From Phoronis australis (Eukaryota > Animalia > Phoronida), in assembly GCA_002633005.1 (NCBI GenBank), contig NMRA01000247.1, positions 542,201-606,200 on the forward strand: a stretch of DNA of 64,000 bases, read 5' to 3'. Below, in pieces: positions 39,919 to 54,269 of this stretch. Numbering within the stretch: position 1 is the first letter of the stretch; each line of letters begins with the position of its first letter. Under the pieces are notes generated by a model. It had not been told where the DNA came from and did no database searches. It saw only the letters and a program-made list of their open reading frames with translations. The position numbers and the translations under genes are program-made.

Positions 39919-42900
39919 TTAGTCGTTCAGAATATCCTCGCTCAGTTCCATCCTCTGGCTACATTTCAAATTGAAGGATCGGATAATTTCCTTAACGTCC
40001 ACACGATTGTCCCTGTGCCCGTTCATGAGTGACAGGGCCGAGAGTCGGTTGTTTGTCATTGTTGACCGCAAGAACGTCTTCAGTCTTCTTAATGTACTGA
40101 AAGATCTTTCTGCTTCATATGTCATCACAGGGAGCGTATTACTTAATCTTTAGAATGGTGCTGACGTTTGGAAACATTAATTGATTACATTCCTTTAGAG
40201 GTTGGAGTGATGTCTCTGCTCTGGTGCCACGGTTTTCTAGTAGTTCTAAAACAAAGATGCCAACATCAAATTTCAATTTATGTTTCAGTTTTAGAGTCAA
40301 ATGTTCACATGTTGCGCACATAATTGGAATGTAAACATCTTCCATATACCGTAGTCAGTTTCTTATTACCTTCCACAAAAGGAGCTCAGCATCTAGAGCT
40401 TCAGCGCAAACATCTTCTACAAAGTATGACAATCTCTAGCAGTTAACGTCTCCATCCACAATACATGCAGGCAAAACATCCATTCCAATCATAGCCTATT
40501 GAGGAGTCCGAATCTGGAAATGCATAATGATTCTAAGCTCACTGTCTATATACTTGGAAATATGTTTACTGAAATTTACCACTACAAACTAAATAGTACC
40601 TGTCACACAATGCGTCATTTGATCTACAACGTGGTCCAAGAAAAGTATTGTTAGTTTGAACTTGTAGCATGCAGAAGGAAAATCTTCGTTGCTTTTGTCT
40701 GTGGGACATCTTGCCAACAATCCTTGGTCATGAGGGCTCAGTTCCAACAAAACGAGCCAAAGCCAAAGCTCTATTGAATGCCCGCTGATGAAAGCCATCG
40801 ATGTCATGAGCTCGAATCTGAAATTAAATAAAATTGATTTTGTAAACATGAAATTACGTATTATTTTTGGGCTTTTATTAAAATAAATGACCAAAAATAA
40901 TGCTCAATTCAATAATTACATAATGAAACATCGCTAAAGCTATTAATAATAAAAACTTACATTTGTCAGTGTTGTGAGGGCGGTGTCAATATATTTAAAC
41001 CCCTCGACGATGTCTACTTCTCTTTCTTGAAGACAAACCGTTATCTGCTTCACGTAGTTCATAACTTCGTTCACAGTAATGAGTGTGATGACAAAGTTGA
41101 AGTTAGTTATGGCGTGAAGGTATTGAGACGCATCCGAGGAGCTTTTGCAGTTGAACCTTCGTGAGGTGCTGATGTTCTGTAAAGCTTGAACAATATGTGA
41201 AAATATACAAAAATGTACAATATTGGTGAAGAGCAAACTTGGTGCTAATTCAATTATCTAATTAAAGTCTTTCACACTAAATTATGATGCAAAATAACAC
41301 GTCACAATTCGTACTTGATGGTATAGGTTGATGAACGCATCGTACGCTACATTCCTTTCCATCCATCGAGTTCTACAACTTCCATAGTTTTTGGCATTGG
41401 TCACCACTTTCCTCATTCACATTATGTAGTTCACCGTTTTTGTTCGACGAGAAGTTGAAGAAATGAGCAACCTGAAAAAATTGAAACGTTTCCTGAACAA
41501 AACCGTCATGGACCAATTGAATGTAAATCAAAAATACAGTAAAAGTTTATTGCATACCTTATTTACAATACCAGTCATCTATGTCGAACAGGGGGGATAG
41601 CGCACGCCACCATGACCACGTGATTCAGCTGGTGATTGGCGCACCAAAGTACAACACCCTTCAGAAACTGATGCCATATGACGGCTCCTGAACCTTTATT
41701 AACTAGACTCATGTTTCGTACAAAATAAAATTAAACAAAAGTAACATCATCATATGTACGACGAGAAATATTTTCGTCATGTATTTGAAAAGAAATAAAG
41801 TTTGCAATATTTCATACCTGTGCCATCGTAGCACTGTCCGCGCAAATGCTCGAGATTAAGGCCCAACTTTTGCAGTTTTTGTGTGATGACTCCTGCTAGG
41901 TTTTCTTCCGCGATGTCCCCGGTCACATTGACAAAATCAAGAAAGCGTTCGCAAATGTTACCTGAAATGTGTTTCAACGGATTTTACTGTAAAGCATCCA
42001 AGGTCAATTAATACGAAATCAGGCAATCAGTGGTTCCTGAAATTAAAAGAATTTAATCTCTGACACCAGAACAATAATATAATACAGCTGTACGAACTTA
42101 CACAGGTCATCCACGTATCGTATGCAAAGACACAATTGTTCAGTGTTTGAAGCGTCCTGGAGCTCGTCTGCCTGAATGCTGAAGAACCCACTACACTCCG
42201 ACACTATGCTGTTGCATATGTAGTCGCTAATTAATCCAATTACTTCATTTTGTATAATCTTCGAGAAGTATGTGACACGCTTTCCATCCCTAAAATGTCT
42301 CTCCAGTGCAACATCACCAACTTCCATTCTGAAAAAGAAAAAAACGTAATATTAATGTCTTATTGAATCGCCATTAGGGGAAAATTCAAAATAAATTACC
42401 TGATGCAAAGTTACCTGAACTTAAGCAACTCTATAAAGTTGTCAGGGGTGTTGGCCGAAGTGGTGTCGTGGTCCTCTTGAAAGCTTTCCCTGTGTCCACG
42501 AAGGGCAATTCCCTGCCTCCCACAAAACGTAGAGACTCTGTGTTCTTCTAAAGCAACTCTTGTTGTTTCTTTGTGTCGATCATTACATTTAAATGAACTT
42601 GAATAAATAATGTAAAAATAAATGTCACCAAATATATCGTGTTTATCGTTCCTCTTGATGTTGCCATCACATTAATGGATCAAAAAATATATTTTGAATT
42701 ACCCTTATCACCTTGTACACAACATGGTTCATACTGTTGACTTCCCTCTCCTGAAAACTTTGTAACAGGTGAACAAGACGTTTCTGATTGTTTTGAAAAA
42801 GACTGAAAACATTAAAGAGTTCCCACCATGACCCTGTGTCTCAAAAGGAATTTTATAATTACATCTTAACAGATTTAATAGCCTTTAGTACACCTGTTGC

Positions 42901-44779
42901 TATGAAACAAGCCAAAAATTTTATAAATATATTTTTCTATTGTCGGGTTTGTACGCAATGGGTGAAAGACAGCCTCCGCCATTGTTGTACGTTTTACCAG
43001 TTCGATACTAAGGAGTTGTGAAGAAAGTCCGCGGAGCAGCTGCCTTTTTCAGACATGAAAAGGTGCATTTGTGGAAACTGTGGTAACAACAACTTGACTG
43101 TGAACATCTTAGTGTTCAAATTTCCTAAATACGTGAAAGTTGCACAGAAATGGAATCGGTTTGTCATGGGCGGCGCGCCATAGGGGCATGAGGGAGTACT
43201 ATAGCCCCCCACTTTTTCAGTGCTACGCCACCCATGGTCTATAGGCAGGCCACAGGGGGCCTGGTGGGGGGGGGCTTGAGTCCCCACTTTTTTCAGTGCT
43301 GTGCCGCCCATGACTGTGCGCTGAGCGAGAGTGTGGAGTACTGTCAGTGTGGAACATAGGCAGTCTGGCAGAAGCCACAATTTGATTGGTACATTTCAAA
43401 GAATCATGTTGCGACCACACACATAAGCGGCGTTACAATGAAGAACTCACCACCAAGTAAGTGCATTTGCAAATTTTGTAAATAACGAACAAACTGCTTC
43501 CATTCTAGGGTGAGTGATGCCAGGCTCTGGACCCCGGCCCAGATCGAGTGCTACTACAAGTAGGCTTATGCATATTGTGTTTAGACTGTGCTCATTCCAT
43601 CATGGCAATTAAGTGAATACGAGTAACCCAGGTTTACTGTGGCCTTTGTTAGTAATTATTTAGTGTCTATTTTGTGAGTATTGACCACCACTTGGTAGAG
43701 TTGGTTGTGGCTCACATATGTCTGCAGCATTTCTCGTGCAAGTGGGTCGAGTTCATACGGCCTCAAAGCCGACGAAATTTCGATAAATGGGAAATCGAAT
43801 TCATTGTCTGATTCTTCAAGTACTTGAGTGTGATGCCCGTATCCACTCTCCTCTCTGTCTGCATAATAATTAACCAATTCTCGCCCAATATCAGCCTTGT
43901 CTATCTGACATGCAGTGTTCCAACATTGCAAATCATTGTCAAGCGGCCAACCGTCTTTCACCCATTGCATAATTTGGCGGGCGAAATAAGTAATTTTTCT
44001 TCAAAATTAAAAAAATTGCGACTGTTTAGCATAAAAAGTCGATTAATGGTATTCGATTCATATTAGCTAACTGAAACCTGAAAAAGTAAGAAAATGCATG
44101 GTGGGAACTCTTTCAATCGGCACTGATATTTGTGCATTTTAATTCATACATAATATAAATATTTTATAATTATTTTATTACCTTTGTCTCTTTGCGAACA
44201 ATGTGGTTCACACCACTGACTGTCACCTGGAAAATTTTTAAAATAAATAAATTACCAATTCTTGTTTTATAACATTTAATTAAAACAGTTTAATCGTGGC
44301 ATTGACACGTATCATTTAAAAATGGAAACTTCCTACTAGTGGCTGGTTTTGAACTCACAACCTTTAGTTTAGAATGTGTTTTATCACTGCGCCACCACAC
44401 GTACATTCTTACTTCCACGCTAAAAGACATCCTTGTTTATGGTCCACTGTGTCCGTGCGACGCTTTTTCTTTTCCTAATGTTTAGTGTACGCTTTAAGTT
44501 TTGTGCAACCTGTTCGTAGCAAAAGTTAATCTTAACTTAAGACTTAAAAACTTGCTCAAAAGACAAAATCCATTTTTCGTGTTGTCATTAACCCGCGAAA
44601 CACGTGCTCATGTTGCTTTGAAAATCGTCTCATAATTTTAATGTTTAATTGACAAAGAGACAAAGTTTCTGAGTGATTCAGTAAAACTCGATTAAAATTT
44701 ACATCTTACCAGCAGCTTCTGGTTTTCCATCTTCGCTGAACTTGCGTTTTTGTTGAAAAAAGGAGGTAATTTTCTTCAT
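39919..44779 (-). pseudogene. Multi-intron hAT transposase pseudogene
   Basis: Exon 1 MKKITSFFQQKRK (44779-44710), then YFSKIIQNEVI, FFSIQADELQDASNTEQLCLCIRYV, ERFLDF, LRGQCYDG and the C-terminal dimerisation motif EAERSFSTLRRLKTFLRSTM..RLSALSLM. The pieces are separated by gt-ag introns; stops and frameshifts are present. Confidence 0.9.
42816..44111 (-). mobile_element. Kolobok-type non-autonomous element nested in the hAT
   Basis: TIR AGAGTTCCCACCATG / CATGGTGGGAACTCT; flanks TTAA / TTCA. Related fragments at ~27630-27880 and ~30120-30267 (the latter ending in TTAA). A CATGGGCGGC..GCCGCCCATG MITE is nested at 43165-43312. Confidence 0.75.
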
Positions 44780-45962
44780 TCTTTTCCACAACGGTGCAGA
44801 CGGTAGATGCTGAGCAGGAGCCTGCAGCGCTACTGCTGGTTGCCTGGCTATCACTTACATATCGACCGGGAGCAGTAAACCGATGTGATTGCGTGCCTGT
44901 TGAGTGGATCGGCCACTTGAATTCGGGCCTGAGCAGGGGGCTCACACAAATTAAAACAACTCCACTCAGTTGTCAAATCTTGTTTTGGCGTCTAATGTTA
45001 ATTGCTGAGGTTAATTCATACACTCAACATTTCCTCCCGTTTTAGTTGTTTTATTTTTTTGCGACCGCCAAGGGGGGAGCCCGCCCCCTCCCCCTCTAAA
45101 TTCGCCTATGGTCATGATCCTTGCTAGAGGTGGCATTTCTGAGAAATTTGGTTCAATTGTACAAATAGGATGCGCGCGATTTTGCAATTAAGTAATTAAG
45201 TGACATTAAACTGCAAAATTTGGGTAGGTATTTCGAGGGTGTGTTCCTGATTTTGAAATTAAGTAAGTGACATACTGAAAAATTTGCGTTGGTATCCTTG
45301 TAGGGTGTGTGTGCGATTTCGCAACTATTTAAGAGACATTACTGCAAAATTTTGGTCAATAACCTATCCTATAAGGTGTGTGTACATTTTCACAACTAAG
45401 TAAGTGAAATAACTGTGAGATTTAGATCAGTTTCCCTAGGGTACATATGCACGATTTCACAAGTAAGTAAGTGACATTACTGTGAGTGCGAAATTTGGAT
45501 CGGTATCCTTATAGGGTGTGTGCGAGATTTAGCAATTAAGTAAGTGACCTTACTGCAAAATTTAGGTCGGTAACGTATCCTATAAGGTGCACAATTTTGC
45601 AATTAAGTGAAATAATTGCGAGATTTAGACCAGTTTCACTATAGGGTGTGTGCACGATATCACAATTAAGTGATATAACTGCGTAATTTGGGACAATATA
45701 TAGCTTAATATTCTACCGATAAAGTTTACTGCAAAATGGACTGTTCCTCTACAGAGGGAGATCACTGCAACATTTGCAGTTATGTCTACACCCGCTAAAA
45801 AGTACTTCTGATGTGAATTAGTACACGATGTTGAACATATCAGATCTGGGGACAAATCGGCTGAAAATCAAATGATGCCAGTGCATCATCTATATCTGTG
45901 TTACATTTCATCGATAGCTGTTAAACAGATTTTTAGATATCAATCGAAAACACTCTACGCTC

Positions 45963-46591
45963 TGATAACTGTATTGGAATGTGTTTATATCCTGTCGTTA
46001 CATAATATGCTATCCTGTTGTTGTTTATGGTTTAGTGGTTCCTGTTTTGTAGTCAGTACTCTATTAGTCATATATTCCTAGAACCTATAGACTTCCTTTA
46101 CATTTCTGTATATATTCTATTATTTGTTGATATCAATACACTTTTAGTTCGACAGCCAACTGGGCACAATCTTTGTTTTACTCACGACTTTTCATGGTAG
46201 CAGAGCAAGGTTGAAATGTCTTCAACTGTTAGCTACAAGAACCCACCTAGGTTTGGGGAAAACTATCAGGAGTGGAAGCAAGAGATAGAACTGTGGAAGA
46301 GGGTAACTGATTTACCTTGTGAAAAACAGGGCCTAGCGGTGAGTTTAACTCTCACAGGGAGAGCGAGGGAAACTGCACTGCAACTGGAGGCCAAGGACCT
46401 AGAGAAAAAAGACGGTCTAATAACACTAGTGGGAGAACTAGACAAGATCTATCTTAAGGAGAGCAAGGACTATGCTTATGAAGCATACAAAAATTTTGAC
46501 ACCTTTATGCGTAAGGACGGTCAGCCAATTAGTGATTTTATTTGTGACTTTGACGGCTTAAATAAGAAGTGTCACAAATATGACATGTTTT
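45963..46591 (+). mobile_element. Copia (GalEa-like) LTR retrotransposon 5' end: LTR, PBS and gag start
   Basis: LTR TG..CA at 45963-46194. PBS TGGTAGCAGAGC (tRNA-iMet type) at 46195. Open gag from 46216 (MSSTVSYKNPPRF..YQEWKQEIELW..KQGLAVSLTLTGRARE) is cut off at the N at 46592. Confidence 0.85.
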
Positions 46592-47885
46592 NTACGTATG
46601 CACGATTTCACAATTAAGTAAGTGACATTACTGTGAGTGCGAAGTTTGGATCGGTATTCTTATAGGGTGTGTGCGAGATTTAGCAATTAAGTAAGTGACC
46701 TTACTGCGAAATTTAGGTCAGTAACCTATCCTATAAGGTGTGTGCACAATTTTGCAATTAAGTAAGTGAAATAATTGCGAGATTTAGACCAGTTTCACTA
46801 TAGGGTGTGTGCACATTATCACAATTAAGTGATATAACTGCGAAATTTGGGACAATATATAGCTTAATATTCTACCGATAAAGTTTACTGCAAAATGGAC
46901 TGTTCCTCTACAGAGGGAGATCACTGCAACATTTGCAGTTATGTCTACACCCGCTAACAAGTACTTCTGATGTGAATTATTACACGATGTTGAACAGATT
47001 AGATCTGGGGACAAATCGGCTGAAAATCAAATGATGCCAGTGCATTATAATTGTCATCGTCTATATCTGCATTACACTTCATTGATAACTGTTAAACAGA
47101 TTTTAGATATCAATCGAAAACACTCTACGCTCAAACAACACTAAGTAATAACTAAAGCCTCTCTGAGAACAAAATGGCCACTAGGAGATGCAACAGCAGT
47201 TAAAGCCACCTGTAAAAGGTGTCAGCGCAGACATCTGCACGTACCCCTGTCTCAAGCTTCAATGTCAATCAGATGTCCACTAGATATCATACGGAAGTGC
47301 TCTATCTCAAAAGCAAGGCTGCAATAGCACAAAAATGAAACAGCGTCGACACATATAGACATCATGTACCTCTGCGCCAAATTTCATCAAAATTGTGTTG
47401 GTTAGCTGTCATAGACATCATACAGAAACATTCTTCCCACAAGAAACACTTGGGAAGCCACATCTTGAAAACAAAATGGCCGCTAGGAAGTGCTACAGTG
47501 GTCAAATCCGCCCAAAAATTAACTGTGGCAGTGAATTGATATCACATACCTTTGAGTCCAGTTTTCAGACATCGTCTAGAAATGCCCTTCCACTCAAAAC
47601 TACTGAAAAAGCCACGTCACCCCCGACCTCAGGGGGTGGGGAAGATTGAAAAGAGGCATGAACCGTTCTAATGATGTCCGCAGTGCACTCTTGTGCCACA
47701 ATATGTCGAAATCCAACAACGGATTTTTGAGATGACCGGATACCCACACAACAGGCAAAAGTGCATCATATTGGACCACATAACGCATTATGTGGAAGCA
47801 CAAAAACAAATGCTAAGTCCTCAATTGAAATTACCAATTCTGGTACTACTTTGATAATTACATTAATGACATTACCGATACTCAC

Positions 47886-48246
47886 CACGTCTTAACACAC
47901 CTTCTCCTTCTTTACAAGTGTTGTGAGGTATGCAGCCAGCAGAGTGGTGATCAGTAGGGTCCCTTTTCCAATATCCATCAGTACACTCACACACAACGTT
48001 GTGTTCTCTGGTGCAGTTCCAGACTACTTCCATAAACTGTTTATGATGGCAGTCAGGGTAACAGTCATTACAATAGGGGTCAGAGCTTTCTATGTCTGTG
48101 TATTGCCCATATGGGCAACACTTACAGACCCTTTCGTGGGTGGCATTGCACTGGTGTACCACATACTCGCCTGGTGGACATAAACACCGAGGATCAGTGT
48201 ATTGCTCAGAGTTTGTTGCAGCAAGGGTGGCAAGGAACATCACAAT
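47886..48246 (-). CDS. TNFR-superfamily gene, exon 2 (signal peptide plus cysteine-rich domains)
   Basis: IVMFLATLAATNS, then CLCPPGEYV..C..C..CPYGQY..C..C..C..CT..NVVCECTDGYW..C..H..C..G.GV, a canonical TNFR CRD pattern. Acceptor ttttttcag, donor G|gtgagt. Confidence 0.92.
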
Positions 48247-51200
48247 CTGAAAAAACATCCCCAACTAAAATTGGGTGATATGATGACCATCACCACCAGT
48301 CGTCTCCACATGTAACAGCACACATAACAATACAATAAATTATTTATACATTGCATATATTTAATACTAGGTGAGATGAAATTTCTCTAAGTATATGCTG
48401 CTTTGTCATGACGTTTTTTGTTTATTTTTTGGTAGCATGATACAGATCGCAATTCTTATCGGATCAACGTGAAATTTACACAAAACATTTCCTGAAAGGC
48501 TCAAAGCCTATACTTTGGTCAAAATTGGACACGAGATGGCGCTATGGGGTTATTTTTCCCTTTTTCGCTTGCGGCGAGCCATAACTCCACTGTTTTCGGT
48601 GGGATTTTTCGGATTATTTTCCTGTGAATAGATCATTCTAAGGGCTATCACAAGTGTTGGAATTGTTTTTCTCTACATTTTCATGTTATAAGAGATTTTC
48701 AGAGGACTGGCTTTGTGCCATATCTTTGGTTTCCGTGACGAATCTGTCTGAAATTTGGAATGTGGATAGATCTTTTCAAGTGCTATCAGCATTATGAAAC
48801 CTGTTTCTTCCGACAACTTACTGTTTCCGTGATATTTGAGATTTATTGCTCAGATGACAGTTTTTTTGTAGACTATGTATTTGTAGCCGCGCATCATTTG
48901 AATGAGGGTGAAGCCAGAGTTCAAATACTTTTGCGCACGGACCTGAACTCAAAGTGATGCTATAATCAAGTTCCCATTGACTGTAGTGTATTAATTGTGT
49001 GCATAGCTTTTTGGCGGGAAAGAAGGCATCCATATTCAAGTTGCGTTGAATACAGAAAACGTTCAGAAAAGTAGTTCTTCCATTAAACCTCACAACACGA
49101 CCCGTATTTCATAACTAACAAACGTATAGGATAATATGTTTTCTTATTGACAATTTTTAACAAACAAATGAAGGAAATTAACACCTGGAGAGCACTCGAA
49201 GTTGCTTTAACTCAAAGTTTGAGGCTACTGACAACAGTCTCAGAAATTAAAAAATTATGTGAGTTTCCTGTCCGATCCCTGGGATTCCTGTTTTAAAGCT
49301 AGGTCAGGCTTTGTGTTTTTCCAACTGGTTATAGCTGTTTTGATGGTGCGTGAGTCTCTTTTTAACTCTACGATATCTGTTTTACACCAGCCGTTCCTGT
49401 TTCGATAGAACAACAAGGTATACACCTGTTGATAGCCCTAGCCTACCTCCACAGGTGATCACTCCTTGTACTAGTCCCATGAGAAAAGTAGGTCAGCACA
49501 CAAACAGTACACTGTCACTGGATTGATCAAAACTGGGTCAATTGACAGCACTGCTTTTATGCAAGCCGATTGGGCAAAACACGTATTTTAAACTGAAAAG
49601 CAGAGAAGCACTGTACACAAAGAGGAGTTAATTACTAAACCTCAATATTAATGACTATGAGATCAGACTGATAATTCCATGCGACATCATATCTGAATCC
49701 TGACAGAAGCTCCATATCAAGTGTAATTAAGGGCAAATAATAGTCATTGTTCCACCTATCAAGAGGACAATTGTATATAGCAAGTTCAGTTTACCATTTC
49801 ATCTCAGACCTGGAACTAGAATATTTATGAAGCACAAAACTATATGCTTTGTCCAATGCTTATCTACAAGAAATACTTTAACAAAAATTGTGGAAAGTTG
49901 TTTCTATTAAAGTTTTTACATTTTATGATACACACAGCTTCTAGGAGTAAACAAAAAATCAAAAACAGATCTAATTAGAGCTGACTTTTTTACAAAAACC
50001 ATCAAAAGACAACGACTAACTGTCCTCATCCAGTAGGTTTAACAAATAGCAAACGCCAATTACAACCATTTTTTCAACAAGAGCAACACTGGGGTGTTGA
50101 CAAGCAACCACAGTGCATCGCAAACTATCTGTTTCTACTTTCTAAGGGTCACTTTGTAAGTGCTACACTGTAGTTGAATCAGCCACTAGAAAATCAAATG
50201 GTGCCGGCACATCGTCATAACACGCATTTTGACATCGCATACCTCTTGAGTCAAGTTTCAATGAAATCCGTCCAATCTAAATCCCTCGGAAACACTCTTT
50301 CCCCACAACACTTGAAAATTAGCCCCTTGTCAAAAACACAATGGTCACTAAGAAGTATTACAGTACATTTTGACCAAGATTTTATGGTCCTAGCGAATTG
50401 CCATCCTGCCTCAAACTTCATTGAAACACGGGTTCTCTTACATAATATCCATAAACCCTCTCACACAAAATGGCCATGTAAGGAAGTGCTGCAGTGGCTA
50501 ATCTGTCCAAACATCAAAAGGTGACATTCACGATATACCTAATTCATGTCAAGATTCATTAAAATCCTTCAATTGGTTTACTAGAAATGCTCTTTCCCAA
50601 AACAACACTTGGAAATCCCCTTGTCGAGAACTAAATGGCCACTAGGATGTGCTGTTATGTGGTTAAATCTGCTCCAAAATACAATGGTGCCATCACATTG
50701 ATATCTGCACATGCTGCGTCAACATTTATTGAAATTCATCAATCCGTTCAGTGTTCTTCATGACCTGATTTAATAGGTTTCAACGACCTGTTTGACTTTG
50801 CCTCTGAGCACGCAACACAGTTGATTTTCATTTTGAAAAAATATCAACTGTTTGGTATGTTTGCTATAATATGCACGAGCTGCACACGAGTCTAAATTTT
50901 CTAAGTGGTTGTAAACGCGACCTGCTTGAATTTTTGAGTATGAAGTCAACACCGCCCTTCTGTATATCATCCGGAAACGCTCTTCCCAAATCCACCCTCC
51001 CCCATTCCAGGGAGCGGGGCAGATTGAAAGGTGGCACGAATCATTCTAGTGATATATGTAGTCCTACCATATCAGTGTGCGCGCCAAAATCATCCGGACA
51101 GCCGGACAAAGTGCTGACAATATGTAACCACGTATATATATACCCGTGGGTGACTGGGCGCATCAAGATAGAGTCATTCTATCATGATATTGTAGCATTT

Positions 51201-52590
51201 CCTTTAAATCAATTTTATTGAGAATACATGGCCATTTTTACACTGCTTGCGCCAGAACACATGATGTCATATCCCCTGGCACAAGCAATGTAAAAATGGT
51301 CAGTTGCCTGTTTGTGCAACTGAACGAAGGCCTTTTAAAAAAAAAAGCTTGCAGTGCATGGAGATAGTACGGAACTAACGGAAGGCCTATGGTCACCATC
51401 TACGGCAGCCAGTTAAGACAGTGACCACCGGAGAACTCTTGTTGAAAATACATACAGTGAAGCTCCATAATAGGCGCTTCAATACGCGTGAAGCTTTGTG
51501 GCGAATTATGCCTCACAATGATTAAAAATTCAAAGTCAATAAAGTTCTTAATTAGTACCTTTGGCACATAGAGGGACACCTTAGGTAGGGAGTACAATCA
51601 AAAAGTAGGTCACGGTGCTCCATGTCTGCCTCTGTGTAAAATCCACATCGGTAAATTACCCAATTGCAGACTTCAAAAGTTAACTATAAGACAATTTTGT
51701 GTTATAAATCGTTACCTTGGTCTTTTTGTAAGTTTGTAATCTTTTTGTCATGAGTTATTTCTGATAAATCATTTTTTGTAAGCTTTTTTTAGTGCACGAT
51801 TTTCCACCATGCGAAAAAGTGCCTCTTGTCCCTCCAATCCAAAAGAGCACTATACTCTCGATTGCAAACATGAAATTTGGACAGAATGTAGTTTAGATGC
51901 GAGTGCACCTCCTCAAGTTCTTTTATCACAGTCAAGGCCAAGTTTTCATGGCGAGTTTTCCATTGTCCCCCCCCCCGATTTTTAGATGAAGAATTTATCA
52001 CTCTTTTAGTTGATAATCATTTCATTTTCAGAAATTTTGTCAAACTGCTGTGCATGAGCACTTTTCAAACAGCACAGGGCAGTCGTTAGTTCACTAACTC
52101 GCCGCATGTCACCGCCACAAGCGGCTACGTTGAAGTTCAATGGCATTGCAACTTCGCTGTTCAAAATAAAGTTGTTACAAAGAGTTTATGTTGCATAAAT
52201 GATGAAATCCTTCATGTTAAGAATTTTTTTCCCAAATGGTCTTTTGTCTACTTTCTGATGTTTTTTGCCATGATACGATCTAATAATACATGAGTGGCAC
52301 TGCAGCACTGAAAAATGTGGGGCTATAGCCTCCANTAGCCAGTAGCCTCCCCCAGCCCTCTTTCAGGCTATGATGTGTTGCCCATGTAGAACTACTCAGG
52401 GGCAGATATAGGATTTTTAGTTAGGAGGGGGGCAGGGCAGGGTATTAGGCAGGATTTTACCCTTAAGATATTTGCACCCTCGAACTGCCAAATGAAATCT
52501 GGGAGTTTTAGGGGGGACATGGGCTGGCCCCCTTCCTTCCCCAAATCCACCAATGTTATCTTGAGGTATGATGTGAAATTTCCTCCTAGC

Positions 52591-53067
52591 CAGGCCTTTA
52601 TGCAGCGTATGTCCATTTGGATGCCCTATCACTGATCTGGACACCCTGGCAAGGACGCCCAATATCATTTGGACACCCACTGTCAATAGGAACCTTTCAA
52701 ATTGGGACTCACACATTGTAATGAATACTAGGAAGCCTCTGAAGGCTCACAGTGGGGGCTCTTTTTTCAAAGCAGGAAGAAATATACAATGTACATACAA
52801 AGTATATGCAATGTTGCTATGCTTACACTTGGTTGATAGCATTGTAAAAGTCTACAGTTTTTTTTTTAGTAAAAATGCTCACTAGAGAAGGCTGTTTTGT
52901 AAACTTAGATGTAAAAACCTTGGTCTATGCATTTTTTTGTAAAAAAAATCAGTGTGTTTGGGGGGATTGCTGGGGGCAGGGGGTTATGCGTCGGAATCAT
53001 GGGTGCCCTGGAATATTGGGAACCCCATTTTGGACATCCTATTTTCAAAACCCTGGATAAAGACCTG
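52591..53067. mobile_element. Canonical hAT MITE with 8-bp TSD
   Basis: TIR CAGGCCTTTATGCAG / CTGGATAAAGACCTG; TSD CTCCTAGC on both sides; absent from the sister copy at ~54552. Confidence 0.85.
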
Positions 53068-54269
53068 CTCCTAGCTCAGATGTATTTATTTCTAAGCTAA
53101 CGTATTGTCTTTGCTCTTTTCCTTTTAAGCTGTGTAATCCATTGTTTTCATCAAACATGGGGTTGATGCTTGATCCTGTTCTACATGCTAATCACACATT
53201 TAAATAGCAATATCTCTGTAGAAATCGATTCAAATTTTATATAATACATACCACCATGTTTGTCTCAATGAGAGGAATCTTTTGATATGCAGTACATGTA
53301 TATTCTTTAATTTTTTACGAAATTATGTAAAAAGGCAGATATTTTAAGCATAATCACCGCGTTTCAACAGCCATTTTCTCAGTAACCGCTCACCCAATTT
53401 TTATGATTTTTGTACCATTTCATTTCTGACACCAAGGGCTTTCCAAAAATGTATGACACATGGGCATTGTAAAAAAATTTAAAAAACGATGTCCTCCCTA
53501 TCTTAGGTAGGGAGGACAATCGAAAAGTAGGTCACCGTGCTCCATATCTGCCTCCGTGTAAAACTCATGTTGGTAAATTGCCCAATTTCAGACTTCAAAG
53601 TTAAGTATAAGACAATTTCGTGTTATAAATCGTTACCTTAGTCTTTATTGGAAGTTTGTAATCTTTTTGTCTCGAATTATCGCTGATAAATCATTTTTGT
53701 AAGCTTTTTTTAGCGCACGATTTTCCGCAATGCATCAACTTTCGAAAAACTGCCCCTTGTTCTTCCTGCCCAAAAGAGCACTATACTCTCAAATACAAAC
53801 ATGAAATTTGGACAGGATGTAGTTTAGATGTGTGCGCATCTCCTCAAGTTGTTTTCTTGAAGTCAAGGCTAAGTTTTCATGGCGAGTTTTCGATCGTCCA
53901 GAAGGCCATATTTTGATCGGTCGGGAGATTGATGTTTTTCCAGTTGCGCAATATGCCCCCCCGCCCCCGATTTTTAGTTGAAGAATTTATCACTCTTCTA
54001 ATTGGTAATTATTTCTTTTTCAGAAATTCTGTCAAACTGCTGCGCATTGGCACTTTTCAAACAGCAGTCGTTAGTTCACCGCATGTCAGCGCCACGAGTG
54101 GCTACATTGAAGTTCATGGCATTGCAATTTCACCGTTCGAAATAAAGTTGTTACAAAGAGTTTTTGTTGAGTAAATGATGAAATCCTTCATGTCAAGAGT
54201 GATTTGTTTTCCCTAATGGTCTTTTGTCTACTTACTGATGTTTTTTTGCTATGATACGATCTAATAGTA

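Larger units (their letters stand above)
39503..45110 (-). mobile_element. hAT transposon (PRKRIR/ZMYM1-like transposase) with 5-bp TSD, decayed
   Basis: TIRs CAGTGGCAGATCTAG / CTAAATTCGCCTATG; flanks GTCGT / GTCAT; contains the transposase pseudogene and a nested Kolobok-type insertion. Confidence 0.85.
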
